Shown here: one piece after another, positions 19,275 through 29,176 of the stretch
Numbering within the stretch: the first letter of the stretch is position 1
How the letters are laid out: each line of letters starts with the position of its first letter
Origin: Bacteroidales bacterium
Lineage (GTDB): Bacteria; Bacteroidota; Bacteroidia; Bacteroidales; UBA10428
NCBI GenBank assembly: GCA_046485045.1
Contig: JAWOHT010000028.1
Span: forward strand, 3,195 to 67,194
Direction of reading: 5' to 3'
Length of the DNA: 64,000 nucleotides
Translations under genes and position numbers: made by a program
The notes under the pieces: model-generated
Told to the model about the DNA's origin: nothing
The model's database searches: none
Seen by the model: the letters and a program-made list of their open reading frames with translations, nothing else

Positions 19275-20612
19275 TTAATCAACAGTTTCGCCGTTACGAA
19301 CCGTAACACCTCCATACCAGTTAATTTTTACAGCGAAATACATCACTATGGCCAGTACAATAAACAACCCCACATTACCCAGCAACAACGAATAATCTGA
19401 AAGTTGCAGGATTGTAAACAAAAAGACATATAATGCCGTTAGTACGGCCAGAATTGACAAAGTTGTAATACGGTTACTGAAAACAGAATGTGTGAAAACT
19501 GTTACCAGAGATATCGTGGCTGCCGACGCAATAAAGAATGCAAGGTTAAAGGCAATATGTTCAGAAAGCGCTATTAACAATGAATAAAATACAACAAGTG
19601 CAACACCAACAAGGAGGTATTGGACTGCATGTATCCGTTTTTTGCTAAATACTTCTGAAAAAAAGAATACCAGAAATGTAAGAGAAATAAAAAGCAGCGA
19701 ATATTTCACCGATCGCGTAGCTTTCTGATAGGTATCTACCGGAAATAATAACCTTACCCCGAATTCAGAACCTTCTACATCAAACTCATCTCCTGTCCAC
19801 TGCTGAGGATAATTACGGTTAAGCTGTAAAATATTCCATTGTGCCACAAAACCCGTATCTGTGATTTCGTGTTTTTCGGGCAGAAACATACCATCAAAAC
19901 TCGGGGTAGCCCAAGCAGATTTTACTTTCACATTCGTTTCTTTACCTAAAGGGATAAAATTCAGATAATGGCTTCCGTTTAGATCAATATTGAAGGAAAA
20001 ATTACAGTTTTCACCAAATTTCACCGGGGTTTGTGCGGTAACACCCGATGAAACTATGTCTTTGCTTTTAAGTCCCGGACTAATGTTTACTTCTTTACCG
20101 CACCAGTCTATCAGAATATTTTTCTTAATACCCCTCATATCGGTAATGCCGATCGTAAGATAGGCTTCATCCCACAGAATATCTTTCTCTTCCACTTTCC
20201 ATTCGCTGAAATCAACCGGGTTGAAGAAACCGGCTAAATTAAGTTTGGTATTATAGGCAATTACCTTATAAATTCCTCGGTACCTGATCTCGGGTATAAG
20301 GTCTCCGTTAACAGTAAGTGCACCGGGTAAAACATGGGCAAAATTTCTGGATGCCCGTACACCCTCTTTGGTCTTAAAATAAGTAAGATAAGGTAACGTG
20401 AGTACCGGTCCACAGATGGTCTGTGCGTTGCCCCATTTAGAAGTTACCTCCTCAACTGTCTCCCTGTGCCTCATTTCGCGTTCAGCAATCAGATTATTAA
20501 TCATCCCCGAAGGGATTAATAGCAGTAGCGAAAGCAATCCGATTAAGATAAGCTTTAAGGATACCGATCCGGTTATCCGGTTTTTCTGTTTTTCTAAATA
20601 ATTCGTGTCCAT
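19275..20612 (-). CDS. creD: cell-envelope inner membrane protein CreD
   Basis: LI.ERE, W...Q.I.GPVL.LPY, R.RGIY, GI.D.RGI, W..PSF.G.FLP, Y....RSVKY, IH.VQYLLVG and LSEH. Confidence 0.93.
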   Translation of the reverse strand: MDTNYLEKQKNRITGSVSLKLILIGLLSLLLLIPSGMINNLIAEREMRHRETVEEVTSKWGNAQTICGPVLTLPYLTYFKTKEGVRASRNFAHVLPGALTVNGDLIPEIRYRGIYKVIAYNTKLNLAGFFNPVDFSEWKVEEKDILWDEAYLTIGITDMRGIKKNILIDWCGKEVNISPGLKSKDIVSSGVTAQTPVKFGENCNFSFNIDLNGSHYLNFIPLGKETNVKVKSAWATPSFDGMFLPEKHEITDTGFVAQWNILQLNRNYPQQWTGDEFDVEGSEFGVRLLFPVDTYQKATRSVKYSLLFISLTFLVFFFSEVFSKKRIHAVQYLLVGVALVVFYSLLIALSEHIAFNLAFFIASAATISLVTVFTHSVFSNRITTLSILAVLTALYVFLFTILQLSDYSLLLGNVGLFIVLAIVMYFAVKINWYGGVTVRNGETVD

Positions 20613-20629
20613 TTTTATTAAATTTGATT

Positions 20630-20653
20630 ATTAAAGTACTTTGTATTTCAAAG
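20630..20653. promoter_or_regulatory. putative operator, copy 1 (upstream of creD)
   Basis: ATTAAAGTACTTTGTATTTCAAAG contains ACTTTG-N5-CAAAG and is 22/24 identical to 21658-21681. Confidence 0.7.
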
Positions 20654-20670
20654 CATACAAACAAAAAAAA

Positions 20671-20976
20671 TTATTTCTCTTTCTGGCTTTTCAGCAACCT
20701 GTCGAGGAAATCGAGGTGTTCTTTAAACGCCTTGCACCCAATTTCGGTAGCTTCGTAGCGTGTATTTGGTTTTTTGCCTATGAATTGCTTGGTCACCTTT
20801 ATCAAATTGTTTTTTTCAAGGGCAGAAATATGACTTGAAAGATTTCCATCGGTAATGTCAAGCAGCTCTTTCAGGGTAATGAAATCTACATAATCGTTCA
20901 CCATAAGCACCGACATAATGCCCATGCGTACCCTGCTTTCAAAATTTTTATTTAAATTTGATATGATATCCTTCAT
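20671..20976 (-). CDS. winged-HTH transcriptional regulator (HTH_34 / ArsR-MarR-like)
   Basis: FESRVR.GIMS.L, F..LK.LL..TDGNL.SH...LE, K.F.GKKP.T.Y and G..AF..HL. Confidence 0.9.
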   Translation of the reverse strand: MKDIISNLNKNFESRVRMGIMSVLMVNDYVDFITLKELLDITDGNLSSHISALEKNNLIKVTKQFIGKKPNTRYEATEIGCKAFKEHLDFLDRLLKSQKEK

Positions 20977-20997
20977 CTGCTGTTTTTTACAGTCATA

Positions 20998-21648
20998 TTA
21001 TTTGTTTACGACTACTTCTCTTTCGTATTTCAAATACATTGCTGTTCCATACACAATATGCAGTGCCCCAAATCCAATAGCCCAGATAATTAACCCGTAC
21101 CCTATAAAAAAAGAACCGGCGATTCCAAGCGCTATTTCACAAATACCCAGGTAACGGATATCTGGAAGCGTATATTTACTGGCATTTAGCAGCGCCAGCC
21201 CGTAAAAAATAAGGGTGCAAGGGGCTATAAGAAAATAGATATGATGATACAAAAGGATCAGGCAAAAAAGCCCACCTGCTATCAGCGGTATAAAAAGGTT
21301 GATAAGCATTCTTTTGGCTGCACTGTTCCAAACCTGTAAGTTTTTTTTCTTTGCTTTGCGTGTTGTAAAATACACCCCAACAGTTAGGGCCAGCACAAGC
21401 ACAATAATGGCATCAAGCACCAGAAAGCCTATTTGTTGTTGTAACTTGAGATGTAACCCGTTGTAAAAATAACGGTTTATATCGAAATAACGCTGGTCAA
21501 ATTCAAGGTAAAAAAAAGCAACAGCAGCGCCAATCAGCGCAATCACACCTGCAGATACGCCCGATAATCCACTAAGTGATAAAAACCTGGAGGATTTTTC
21601 CATCAGGCTCCTTATTTCATGCAGACTTTCAAGTTGTTCCCTTTTCAT
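20998..21648 (-). CDS. conserved multi-pass membrane protein associated with wHTH-creD loci
   Basis: EIRSLMEKSSRFLSLSGLSG, FYGLAL.NASKYT and GFG.LHI.YG..MY.KYE, with about six TM helices. Confidence 0.85.
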   Translation of the reverse strand: MKREQLESLHEIRSLMEKSSRFLSLSGLSGVSAGVIALIGAAVAFFYLEFDQRYFDINRYFYNGLHLKLQQQIGFLVLDAIIVLVLALTVGVYFTTRKAKKKNLQVWNSAAKRMLINLFIPLIAGGLFCLILLYHHIYFLIAPCTLIFYGLALLNASKYTLPDIRYLGICEIALGIAGSFFIGYGLIIWAIGFGALHIVYGTAMYLKYEREVVVNK

Positions 21649-21657
21649 AATTATTTA

Positions 21658-21682
21658 ATTAAAGTACTTTGCGTTTCAAAGT
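21658..21682. promoter_or_regulatory. putative operator, copy 2 (upstream of the membrane-protein/wHTH operon)
   Basis: ATTAAAGTACTTTGCGTTTCAAAGT has a perfect ACTTTG-N5-CAAAGT dyad about 10-35 nt upstream of ATG 21648. Confidence 0.7.
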
Positions 21683-21799
21683 AACAAATTATTTTTTATA
21701 TTGCCAACTTAAATTTTAATTTTTCGGGGTATTTAACATTATTTAAGTTTTAAGGTTGGTTATATTTGAAGAGTTTTTAAATCTAACAAACCTGTAACC

Positions 21800-22645
21800 A
21801 TGAAATACATTGGTGCACATGTAAGCATATCGGGGGGCGTGGAAAATGCTCCTGTAAACGCTAAAAAAATAGGAGCCAGGGCATTCGGGCTATTTGTCAA
21901 AAACCAGCGGCAATGGGGAGCCAAGCCGTATACACAAAAAAATATTGATGATTTTAAAAATAATTGTATAAAACTCGGATATGACCCAAAGCATATCCTG
22001 CCTCACGATAGTTACCTCATTAACCTCGGCCATCCTGAAAAAGAGCCTCTGGAAAAATCGCGTGCCGCTTTTCTCGACGAAATACAGCGTTGTGAGCAAT
22101 TGGGTCTTGACCGACTGAATTTTCATCCCGGAAGCCATTTGGGCAAAATATCTGAAGAAGAGTGTCTGAAAACCATTGCCGAATCTTTAAATATGGCACT
22201 CAGCAAGACCCAATACCTTACCGCGGTAATAGAGAACACTGCCGGGCAAGGCTCAAATATGGGGCATTCCTTTGAACAGATTAAATATATTATAGACATT
22301 GTTGAAGACAAAACACGCATAGGAGTTTGCATTGACACCTGCCATTCCTATTCAGCGGGATATGATATAAAAACTGCTGAAGGATTTAAAAATACGTTTG
22401 CAAAATTCGATGAACTAATCGGGTTTAAGTACCTGAAAGGAATTCATCTTAATGACACCAAGAAAGGGTATGGTTCAAGGGTAGACCGTCACGACAGTCT
22501 CGGCAAAGGCATTCTCGGCATTGAACCTTTCAAAATGTTAATGAACGACCCCCGTTTTGACGACATACCCATTATACTGGAAACACCCAACGAAGATATC
22601 TGGCCTGAAGAGATCAAGATGTTGTATGGATTTATAAAAACCTGA
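21800..22645 (+). CDS. nfo: endonuclease IV
   Basis: [41 protein letters not shown] and ILETP. TATATTTG -7 box at 21761-21768. Confidence 0.97.
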   Translation: MKYIGAHVSISGGVENAPVNAKKIGARAFGLFVKNQRQWGAKPYTQKNIDDFKNNCIKLGYDPKHILPHDSYLINLGHPEKEPLEKSRAAFLDEIQRCEQLGLDRLNFHPGSHLGKISEEECLKTIAESLNMALSKTQYLTAVIENTAGQGSNMGHSFEQIKYIIDIVEDKTRIGVCIDTCHSYSAGYDIKTAEGFKNTFAKFDELIGFKYLKGIHLNDTKKGYGSRVDRHDSLGKGILGIEPFKMLMNDPRFDDIPIILETPNEDIWPEEIKMLYGFIKT

Positions 22646-22700
22646 TTTAGGGACCAGTCCCCTCAACCTCTTCTGAAATTTGAGTTTCACATAAATTAAT

Positions 22701-22708
22701 TATATTTG
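22701..22708 (+). promoter_or_regulatory. sigma-A promoter -7 box of araA
   Basis: TATATTTG with TTTG at 22679-22682. Its position argues for the ATG at 22745 rather than the TTG at 22706. Confidence 0.55.
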
Positions 22709-22744
22709 ATACTATTCTACCAGAAAAATTTAAAAAGTATAAAT

Positions 22745-24250
22745 ATGATAGATCTTAAAAAACTTGAAGTTTGGTTTATAATCGGAAGCCAGGATTTATA
22801 CGGGCCCGAGGTTTTAAAAACAGTTGGTGCACATTCGCAGGAAATGGCAAACTTTCTCAATCAATCGGCCAAAATTCCCGTGAGTATTGTATTCAAATCG
22901 GTAATGAGGAGCCTCGACGAAGTTACCAATATCTGCATTGAAGCCAATGCTGCCAGGCAATGTATTGGTGTAATTACCTGGTGTCACACTTTCTCGCCTT
23001 CGAAAATGTGGATTAACGGCCTGAAAATTTTAAACAAGCCGCTCCTTCAGTTACATACCCAGTATAACCGTGATCTTCCGTGGGGCGAAATAGATATGAA
23101 TTTTATGAACCTAAACCAGGCTGCTCATGGCGACCGCGAACACGGATTTATTCTAAGCCGCTTGCGCAAAAGCCGGAAAATTGTAGCCGGGTACTGGAAA
23201 GAAGAAGACGTGCAGGAACGAATAGGTATCTGGACCCGCGCTGCAGCCGCCTGGCACGACATGCAGGGTGCAAAAGTTGCACGGTTCGGAGACAATATGC
23301 GCGAGGTTGCTGTTACCGAAGGCGATAAGGTTGAAGCCCAGATTAAGCTCGGTCTTTCTGTGAATACCTGGCCGGTGGGAGATATCGTAAAAGTTGTAAA
23401 TGAAGTGAGCGAAGCTGAAATTGATAAAATCGTCCAGGAATATAATGATTTATACCTGATAGCCGATGCAGGCAAAAAAGGGGGTGCAAAATACGACAAT
23501 GTCCGCTACCAGGCACGCATTGAAGCAGGATTCAATAAATTTCTCGAAGCCGGAAATTTCAAAGCTTTTACAACTACTTTCGAAGATTTGCATGGTTTAA
23601 AACAATTGCCAGGTCTTGCTTCGCAACGATTAATGGCTGCAGGATACGGTTTCGGTGCCGAAGGTGACTGGAAACATGCAGCACTGGTTCGTGCCATTAA
23701 GGTAATGGGCATTGGTTTAAAAGGCGGATGTACCTTTATGGAAGACTATACCTATCATCTCGATCCGAAAAGCATGAAGGTACTTGGCGCGCATATGCTC
23801 GAGATATGCCCAAGCATAGCCGACGGCAAAGCCAGGCTCGAAGTGCATCCGTTGGGAATTGGAGGAAAAGATGATCCCGCAAGGCTGGTCTTTAATGTTG
23901 CAACAGGCCCGGCAACCCTAACCAGTATGATTGACATGGGAAACCGTTTCAGGATGGTGGTTCACGAAGTTGATTGCGTAGAACCCGATGCTGATCTGCC
24001 AAAATTACCTGTTGCCCGTGCCATGTGGATACCCAAACCTGATATGAATACCGGTGCAACTGCCTGGATATTAACCGGAGGCGCTCATCACAATGCATTC
24101 AGCCAGGCCACTACAGCAGAATATATCGAAGATTTCTCCGATATGGCCGGTATCGAATTTGTTCACATTAACAAAGACACAAATATTACAAACCTGAAGA
24201 AAGAGTTGCAATGGAATGAAATGTATTACATGCTGGCTAAGGGGTTGTGA
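22745..24250 (+). CDS. araA: L-arabinose isomerase
   Basis: [57 protein letters not shown] and GGAHH. Confidence 0.97.
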   Translation: MIDLKKLEVWFIIGSQDLYGPEVLKTVGAHSQEMANFLNQSAKIPVSIVFKSVMRSLDEVTNICIEANAARQCIGVITWCHTFSPSKMWINGLKILNKPLLQLHTQYNRDLPWGEIDMNFMNLNQAAHGDREHGFILSRLRKSRKIVAGYWKEEDVQERIGIWTRAAAAWHDMQGAKVARFGDNMREVAVTEGDKVEAQIKLGLSVNTWPVGDIVKVVNEVSEAEIDKIVQEYNDLYLIADAGKKGGAKYDNVRYQARIEAGFNKFLEAGNFKAFTTTFEDLHGLKQLPGLASQRLMAAGYGFGAEGDWKHAALVRAIKVMGIGLKGGCTFMEDYTYHLDPKSMKVLGAHMLEICPSIADGKARLEVHPLGIGGKDDPARLVFNVATGPATLTSMIDMGNRFRMVVHEVDCVEPDADLPKLPVARAMWIPKPDMNTGATAWILTGGAHHNAFSQATTAEYIEDFSDMAGIEFVHINKDTNITNLKKELQWNEMYYMLAKGL

Positions 24251-24326
24251 TAACGATTAAAACGCCAATGACAAGGCTTGCGCTGTTTTTGAAAACAAGG
24301 AGTCCCTCCAGGCGGGCTGGCTGTTT

Positions 24327-25706
24327 TCAGTCATCTCCTGTGGTCTCTTCTGTTGTCTCAGTTTCAATTGGTGGCGCTTCAACTACAGGCAATTCATGTA
24401 CTGATGCATACTTAAACATATCTTCAAATACCTTTCTCCATCCAATCCACATTCCCTGTTCAGAAAGCGATTCGTTATGCCACAAAGAGATAAACAATCC
24501 GTCAACAGCTTTAATCTCATCAATGACCCTGGAAATATGGCTCATTGCCTGGGTTGCACGCACCCTTAGGTAGTTATGCAATGTAACATCCATAATTTCA
24601 AACGGGTATATGGTAAGGTTTGATTCTGAGTCTTCGATGAGATCATAAAACCTGAAGGGCATGCTTGTACTGGCCCTGAAACCAAGAGCGCTTGCATAGC
24701 CCATCGAATATTCTTCGCGAATACCAAGCCTTAAGAGTTTACGATAGGTATCTGGCATCTTTAACTGAAGGTAATGCTGCCTGCTTCGCTTAACTTTTTG
24801 CCCGGTGACCTTTGTAAGCCGTTTCCATTCTTTTTCAAGCAGCTCGAAACTTTTATTTGAATTAAAAGAAGGGTGCAATCCTGTTATATGGCCGGCATTA
24901 ATACTTTTAATCAGGTTCTGGTATGCTAACTTCCTGAACGGGACACTGGTGTCATGCCTCCCGTAATCACCCACCAAAAAAAAGTAGATTGATTTGGTTT
25001 TGTATTTATGTTCAACACTGTCAATATAGTCATATGTATCAAAAGGATCTTTGGCTGTGCCCCCCAGGGTTGAAAACCTGCCAAAAAACGAATTCAGATC
25101 ACCCTTAATTAAAGCCTTTATCAATGCACCAATGGTTCTTATTAAGCCTTTGTGTTTAAAAGCAAAAGGATTATCAATATCTATGGAAGAAATAAATGAA
25201 TATTTCACAACCGGGAATTCAAAATCAGGCAACTTAGACCGAAGTTTTGATTTTAATAAAAGAATCCATTTATCAACCAATGGTTCAAGTAGAAATCCAT
25301 GCAGGTAAGCAAGGCTCTGAATGGCTTCAAACCTGTCGTACTTATCCCCCGGCATAATGAGATATTCCTCATATCTTGTTAACAGAAAGAAAGATGCAGA
25401 AAAAATATCAAAAGGTAAGTCTGCATTTTCATCGGTCCTGAAAAATATTTTAAGCCCGTCATAATCTGATACCGTAACGACATGGTCCCGTATCCCCTGC
25501 TCATGAAGCATACCATATGGCTTAATCCAGAAAGTATCACCTATACGATGCTCAGTATAACACATTCTGGGGCCTTCGTGTGCATTGTACTCATTAATGT
25601 CAACAGTAATGCCGAATTCAAGTTTCAAAACGCGGAAAAAAATCTGGGTAAAAATAAAATCTATCCGGCTGGTAAGCTGAGGAGTGTATATCAGAAATGT
25701 GTCCAT
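24327..25706 (-). CDS. polysaccharide deacetylase-family (NodB-like) protein with a Bacteroidota N-terminal domain
   Basis: DIFSASFFLLTRYEEY, DID, DPFDTY, GLHPS, SRQHYL, YSMGY...GFRA, MD.TL and LWHN. Start taken at ATG 25706. Confidence 0.8.
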   Translation of the reverse strand: MDTFLIYTPQLTSRIDFIFTQIFFRVLKLEFGITVDINEYNAHEGPRMCYTEHRIGDTFWIKPYGMLHEQGIRDHVVTVSDYDGLKIFFRTDENADLPFDIFSASFFLLTRYEEYLIMPGDKYDRFEAIQSLAYLHGFLLEPLVDKWILLLKSKLRSKLPDFEFPVVKYSFISSIDIDNPFAFKHKGLIRTIGALIKALIKGDLNSFFGRFSTLGGTAKDPFDTYDYIDSVEHKYKTKSIYFFLVGDYGRHDTSVPFRKLAYQNLIKSINAGHITGLHPSFNSNKSFELLEKEWKRLTKVTGQKVKRSRQHYLQLKMPDTYRKLLRLGIREEYSMGYASALGFRASTSMPFRFYDLIEDSESNLTIYPFEIMDVTLHNYLRVRATQAMSHISRVIDEIKAVDGLFISLWHNESLSEQGMWIGWRKVFEDMFKYASVHELPVVEAPPIETETTEETTGDD

Positions 25707-25808
25707 TAACAAAAAATTATTACAATGCAATGATAGCAAATTTCTGGAAATACTTTTTCAGGACATGGCATATTATTTCATGTCTGTACAATGTATAAAA
25801 TGTGTCAC

Positions 25809-25988
25809 TTACTCCTGATTACCGCCACATTCAACACCACTGCATGAACAACCAGTTTGATTACCGGCAGCCTTGCAACTGCCTATATTGATGCTTTGGG
25901 ACCTGCCAAGCAAGAGCTTAATGCCCAATCCTGCAAAAATGATCAACAAGAGGATAAAAGATGCTATAATAACTTTTATAAGTATCAT
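25809..25988 (-). CDS. small 59-aa single-TM protein with a Cys-rich tail
   Basis: Hand-translated MILIKVIIASFILLLIIFAGLGIKLLLGRSQSINIGSCKAAGNQTGCSCSGVECGGNQE*, ATG at 25988 and TAA at 25809-25811. Just below the ORF-track cutoff. Confidence 0.7.
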   Translation of the reverse strand: MILIKVIIASFILLLIIFAGLGIKLLLGRSQSINIGSCKAAGNQTGCSCSGVECGGNQE

Positions 25989-26038
25989 TAAAATAAATTA
26001 TGTATCAGACAATCTTAACAATTACGACAACAAATGGT

Positions 26039-26269
26039 TCAATTGATTGCCATCTTCATCTCTTTGTAATTGATCCCGGGTTTTTTCCTTATGTTTTTAT
26101 GGTTTGACAATTCTTCACACCTTACGCATTTAATTCCCATAGCTTTCATGTTTTTATTGTGGCCAACAGATGTTTCGGGAAATTTTTTTTTCAGAAAAAA
26201 AATATTAAAGCCAATCAAAATGAATGCCATTGAAATAAAAACAAGCGATATCAAAAATAACTTCAGCAT
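26039..26269 (-). CDS. small single-TM conserved Bacteroidales protein
   Basis: N-terminal TM helix followed by KFPETSVGHNK.MK.MGI.C..CEE. Start taken at ATG 26269. Confidence 0.75.
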   Translation of the reverse strand: MLKLFLISLVFISMAFILIGFNIFFLKKKFPETSVGHNKNMKAMGIKCVRCEELSNHKNIRKKPGINYKEMKMAIN

Positions 26270-26417
26270 ATAACAAGTTTTATGCAAAATTAAAACAATT
26301 ATATTTGTTGAGGTGGATGAATATTCTTTTTTCAGAAATTTAAAATATTTTCACACTCCAAAGCAACCATTATCACAACTTTTCATCTTGCTTAATAAAG
26401 TACTAAAACTATATTGA

Positions 26418-26870
26418 ATGAAAACATTAACAATTTGTCTGGTTGCCGCTATTTTATTGTTTGCCTGTGATAAAGAATGCGATCTGTGTTTTACACCTCC
26501 TCCTGATTTTGCATTTAAAATTGTAGACCGGCAATCTGGTGCCAACCTGTTAGATAATGAAGTTTATTGCCCTGATTCAATAAGTCTCTGTTATTTTGAG
26601 AATGAGATTGAAAAAGATATAACACTGGAATTTGCTATCAACCAGTATGACGAAAAACTTATCTATACCAATCAGCTTGGGTGGATTGCCATAAAAGGGA
26701 TAACCGGGTTTTACCTCAGACTTGGGCATTTAGATACAGACACCATGTACCTTGATATAAGTGAAATGTCGGACAAGTGTTGTACATGGTTTGAAACAAG
26801 ACACTTCCTGATTAACTCCAAAGCACCTCAATATGACCAGAACACATATGCATACCTCATAGAAAAATAG
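26418..26870 (+). CDS. hypothetical lipoprotein
   Basis: Lipobox LLFAC followed by C-D-L-C-F-T-P-P, and a CC pair near the C-terminus. Confidence 0.75.
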   Translation: MKTLTICLVAAILLFACDKECDLCFTPPPDFAFKIVDRQSGANLLDNEVYCPDSISLCYFENEIEKDITLEFAINQYDEKLIYTNQLGWIAIKGITGFYLRLGHLDTDTMYLDISEMSDKCCTWFETRHFLINSKAPQYDQNTYAYLIEK

Positions 26871-27038
26871 GCGGTACCGCAACAGCAAACATTGCTGTTA
26901 TTCCCGACAATAACATATTGGTATTTCAGAGGGCATTTTAATACTCGCCTAAATTACCTGCATTGTCAGAAAGGTTTGAAATACCGGCAAATTCATTTAA
27001 TTTTGAGGTTTATTAAACCGTCTCAAAACTTAATCTTT

Positions 27039-27593
27039 TTGAAAGAAAACAGGATAATTTTAGGAATTGACCCCGGGACAACCATTACAGGTTATGGTAT
27101 TATTAAAGTGATTGCCAAAAAGCCAGCGCTTGTTACATTAGGTTACCTTGAACTTCAGAAAATTAAAGACCACTTCGAAAAACTGAAGCTCATTTTTTCG
27201 CGCACCCTGATGCTTATAGATGAATACAAACCCGATGAATTGGCTATAGAATCACCGTTTTACGCAAATAATGTCCAGTCGATGCTAAAGCTTGGCAGGG
27301 CACAGGGAATTGCAATATCTGCCGCACTCTACAGAAATCTCCCGATATTTGAATATGCCCCCCGGAGAGTCAAACAGGCCATTACCGGACAAGGTGGCGC
27401 CTCAAAAGAGCAGGTAGCAAACATGTTGCAAAAGATGCTTTTGATTAAAGATATGCCTGGAAAACTTGACGCCACTGATGGGCTCGCGGTTGCCATGTGC
27501 CATTTTTATCAAAAGATACCTGCTTTGGAGAATAAAAATTTTAAAAACTGGAGCGATTTCGCGAAAAAAAACCCTGACCGTATTACAGGATAG
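27039..27593 (+). CDS. ruvC: Holliday junction resolvase RuvC
   Basis: ILGIDPGT..TGYG, AIE.PF, KLGRAQG, EYAP..VK.AITG.G.ASKEQV and DATDGLA. Likely TTG start at 27039. Confidence 0.95.
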   Translation: MKENRIILGIDPGTTITGYGIIKVIAKKPALVTLGYLELQKIKDHFEKLKLIFSRTLMLIDEYKPDELAIESPFYANNVQSMLKLGRAQGIAISAALYRNLPIFEYAPRRVKQAITGQGGASKEQVANMLQKMLLIKDMPGKLDATDGLAVAMCHFYQKIPALENKNFKNWSDFAKKNPDRITG

Positions 27594-27618
27594 TAAGCAA
27601 ATAAAAGGAAAACAACAA

Positions 27619-28011
27619 TTACAAAGCCTTCTTAATCTTTTCCAGAATCTCTTCCATTTCTGCGGCCATGAGCTTTAGTTTAGGTTTCATAAAGTTAGTG
27701 GCGCTTAAATCGTTCATGGGAATAAGATGAATATGTGCATGCGGCACCTCAAGACCAAGCACGGCAATAGCAATTCTCTTGCATGGAACGGCTTTTTGAA
27801 GGGCTTTTGCTACCTTCTTCGAAAAAAGGTGCAAACCGGCAAATATATCATCTTCAATATCGAAGATATAATCAGTTTCTTTTTTGGGTATTACCAATGT
27901 ATGTCCTTTTTCAAGGGGATTGATATCCAGAAAAGCAAGAAAATTCGCATCTTCAGCAATCTTATAGCAGGGTATCTCCCCATTCACAATTTTCGTAAAA
28001 ATTGAAGCCAT
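27619..28011 (-). CDS. HIT family protein
   Basis: SIFTKIV.GEIP, FLDI.P...GHTLVIPK and HAHIH. Confidence 0.93.
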   Translation of the reverse strand: MASIFTKIVNGEIPCYKIAEDANFLAFLDINPLEKGHTLVIPKKETDYIFDIEDDIFAGLHLFSKKVAKALQKAVPCKRIAIAVLGLEVPHAHIHLIPMNDLSATNFMKPKLKLMAAEMEEILEKIKKAL

Positions 28012-28020
28012 ACTAAGGGA

Positions 28021-28488
28021 TTAGGTAGATATATCAATTATTTCAAAGGGAATAACGCCTGAAGGCACCTTTATATCAACCACATCACCAACTTTTTTTC
28101 CCAGCAATCCCTGGGCTATGGGTGTCTTAACAGAGATTTTGCCTCTTTTTATGTCAGCCTCACTCTCCGACACGATAATATATTCCATTGTGATATTGTT
28201 GCTCTTGTTCTTAATCTTCACCCTGTTCATGATCTGTATAACCGAGGTGTCAATTCTCGATTTATCAATAATCCTGGCATTTGCCACCTCCTCTTTCAAC
28301 TTTGAAATTTTAAGCTCAAGCATGCCCTGTGCATCTTTGGCAGCGTCGTACTCTGCATTCTCAGAAAGATCACCTTTATCCCTGGCTTCGGCAATGAGCT
28401 TTGAAATAGCCGGACGTTCAACATTCAAAAGGTTATCGAGTTCTTCTTTTAGTTTATGTAAACCCTCTTCTGTAATATAATTAACCAT
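28021..28488 (-). CDS. greA: transcription elongation factor GreA
   Basis: ARDKGDLSENAEYDAAK and IS..TPIA.GLLGK. Confidence 0.96.
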   Translation of the reverse strand: MVNYITEEGLHKLKEELDNLLNVERPAISKLIAEARDKGDLSENAEYDAAKDAQGMLELKISKLKEEVANARIIDKSRIDTSVIQIMNRVKIKNKSNNITMEYIIVSESEADIKRGKISVKTPIAQGLLGKKVGDVVDIKVPSGVIPFEIIDIST

Positions 28489-28508
28489 AACTATATCTCC
28501 CTTTTTAG

Positions 28509-28549
28509 AAAAAACAAAACGAAAAGAATTCCGTAATAACGGAACTCTT
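28509..28549 (-). terminator. intrinsic terminator directly upstream of greA
   Basis: Minus-strand RNA AAGAGUUCCGU-UAUU-ACGGAAUUCUU forms an 11-bp stem (one G-U pair, valid only on this strand), followed by UUCGUUUUGUUUUUU. Confidence 0.7.
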
Positions 28550-28632
28550 CATAATTAAATATTAGTGAATTAATACTTTAAATGCTTAAATAATACTTTT
28601 TAGGATTGTTATAAAATTTGCGACTAATTTAA

Positions 28633-29175
28633 CTAAAATTGTTTTCTTTTCAAAATCTCTGAATAAATAATGCCGAGTTTAATGTCTTCTGAAAAGTTAA
28701 AAATATTCTCATATTTCATATCCTCATCTGCAATTGCATCAGTTATCTCCGTTAAGCTAATGGAATTATCCTGTGTAAAATACGCCTGTTTATGCAAATC
28801 TTCATTTGCAGAAATTTCAGAGGAGACTTCTTCTTCAGGGCTGGTGACAATACTATCAAGGGTTACTATCTCCGGACGATAGTCTTCCAATACACCCGAA
28901 GCTTCTTCAACTTCATATAGAGGTTCATCCACTTCTTCAAACTGGTTCTCCTCCAATAATACTTCCTCATGCCTGTTCTCTTCATCAAGTTTTTTTAAGA
29001 ACTCTTCGAAAGGGTTATAACCGTTAGGGGCTGACTCTCCAAAATCGGGCATAGCCTGTGGTTGTCCTACAGGCCCGGAAAGTGTTTTTCTTTTATTCCT
29101 GTTCCTGGCCACACTTGCTATTCCTCCAATGACCAAAATCACGATGTATATTATTATTTCAAAAAGATCGTCCAT
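28633..29175 (-). CDS. hypothetical protein with an N-terminal TM anchor and an acidic disordered body
   Basis: TM at residues about 5-22, a Glu-rich region and a conserved-looking C-terminal 'GIIYSEIL.RK'. Confidence 0.75.
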   Translation of the reverse strand: MDDLFEIIIYIVILVIGGIASVARNRNKRKTLSGPVGQPQAMPDFGESAPNGYNPFEEFLKKLDEENRHEEVLLEENQFEEVDEPLYEVEEASGVLEDYRPEIVTLDSIVTSPEEEVSSEISANEDLHKQAYFTQDNSISLTEITDAIADEDMKYENIFNFSEDIKLGIIYSEILKRKQF

Positions 29176-29176
29176 T

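Noticed and set aside
25767-25781. Second sigma-54-like motif TGGCAT-ATTAT-TTCA
   Set aside because: The -12 element is poor and no same-strand gene or terminator follows; it would point antisense into the small ORFs.
26892-27038. Apparent 49-aa N-terminal extension of RuvC (similar extensions on rbfA, araA, GT4 and the KynB-like gene)
   Set aside because: These arise from longest-ORF calling; family motifs and promoter positions favour downstream starts.
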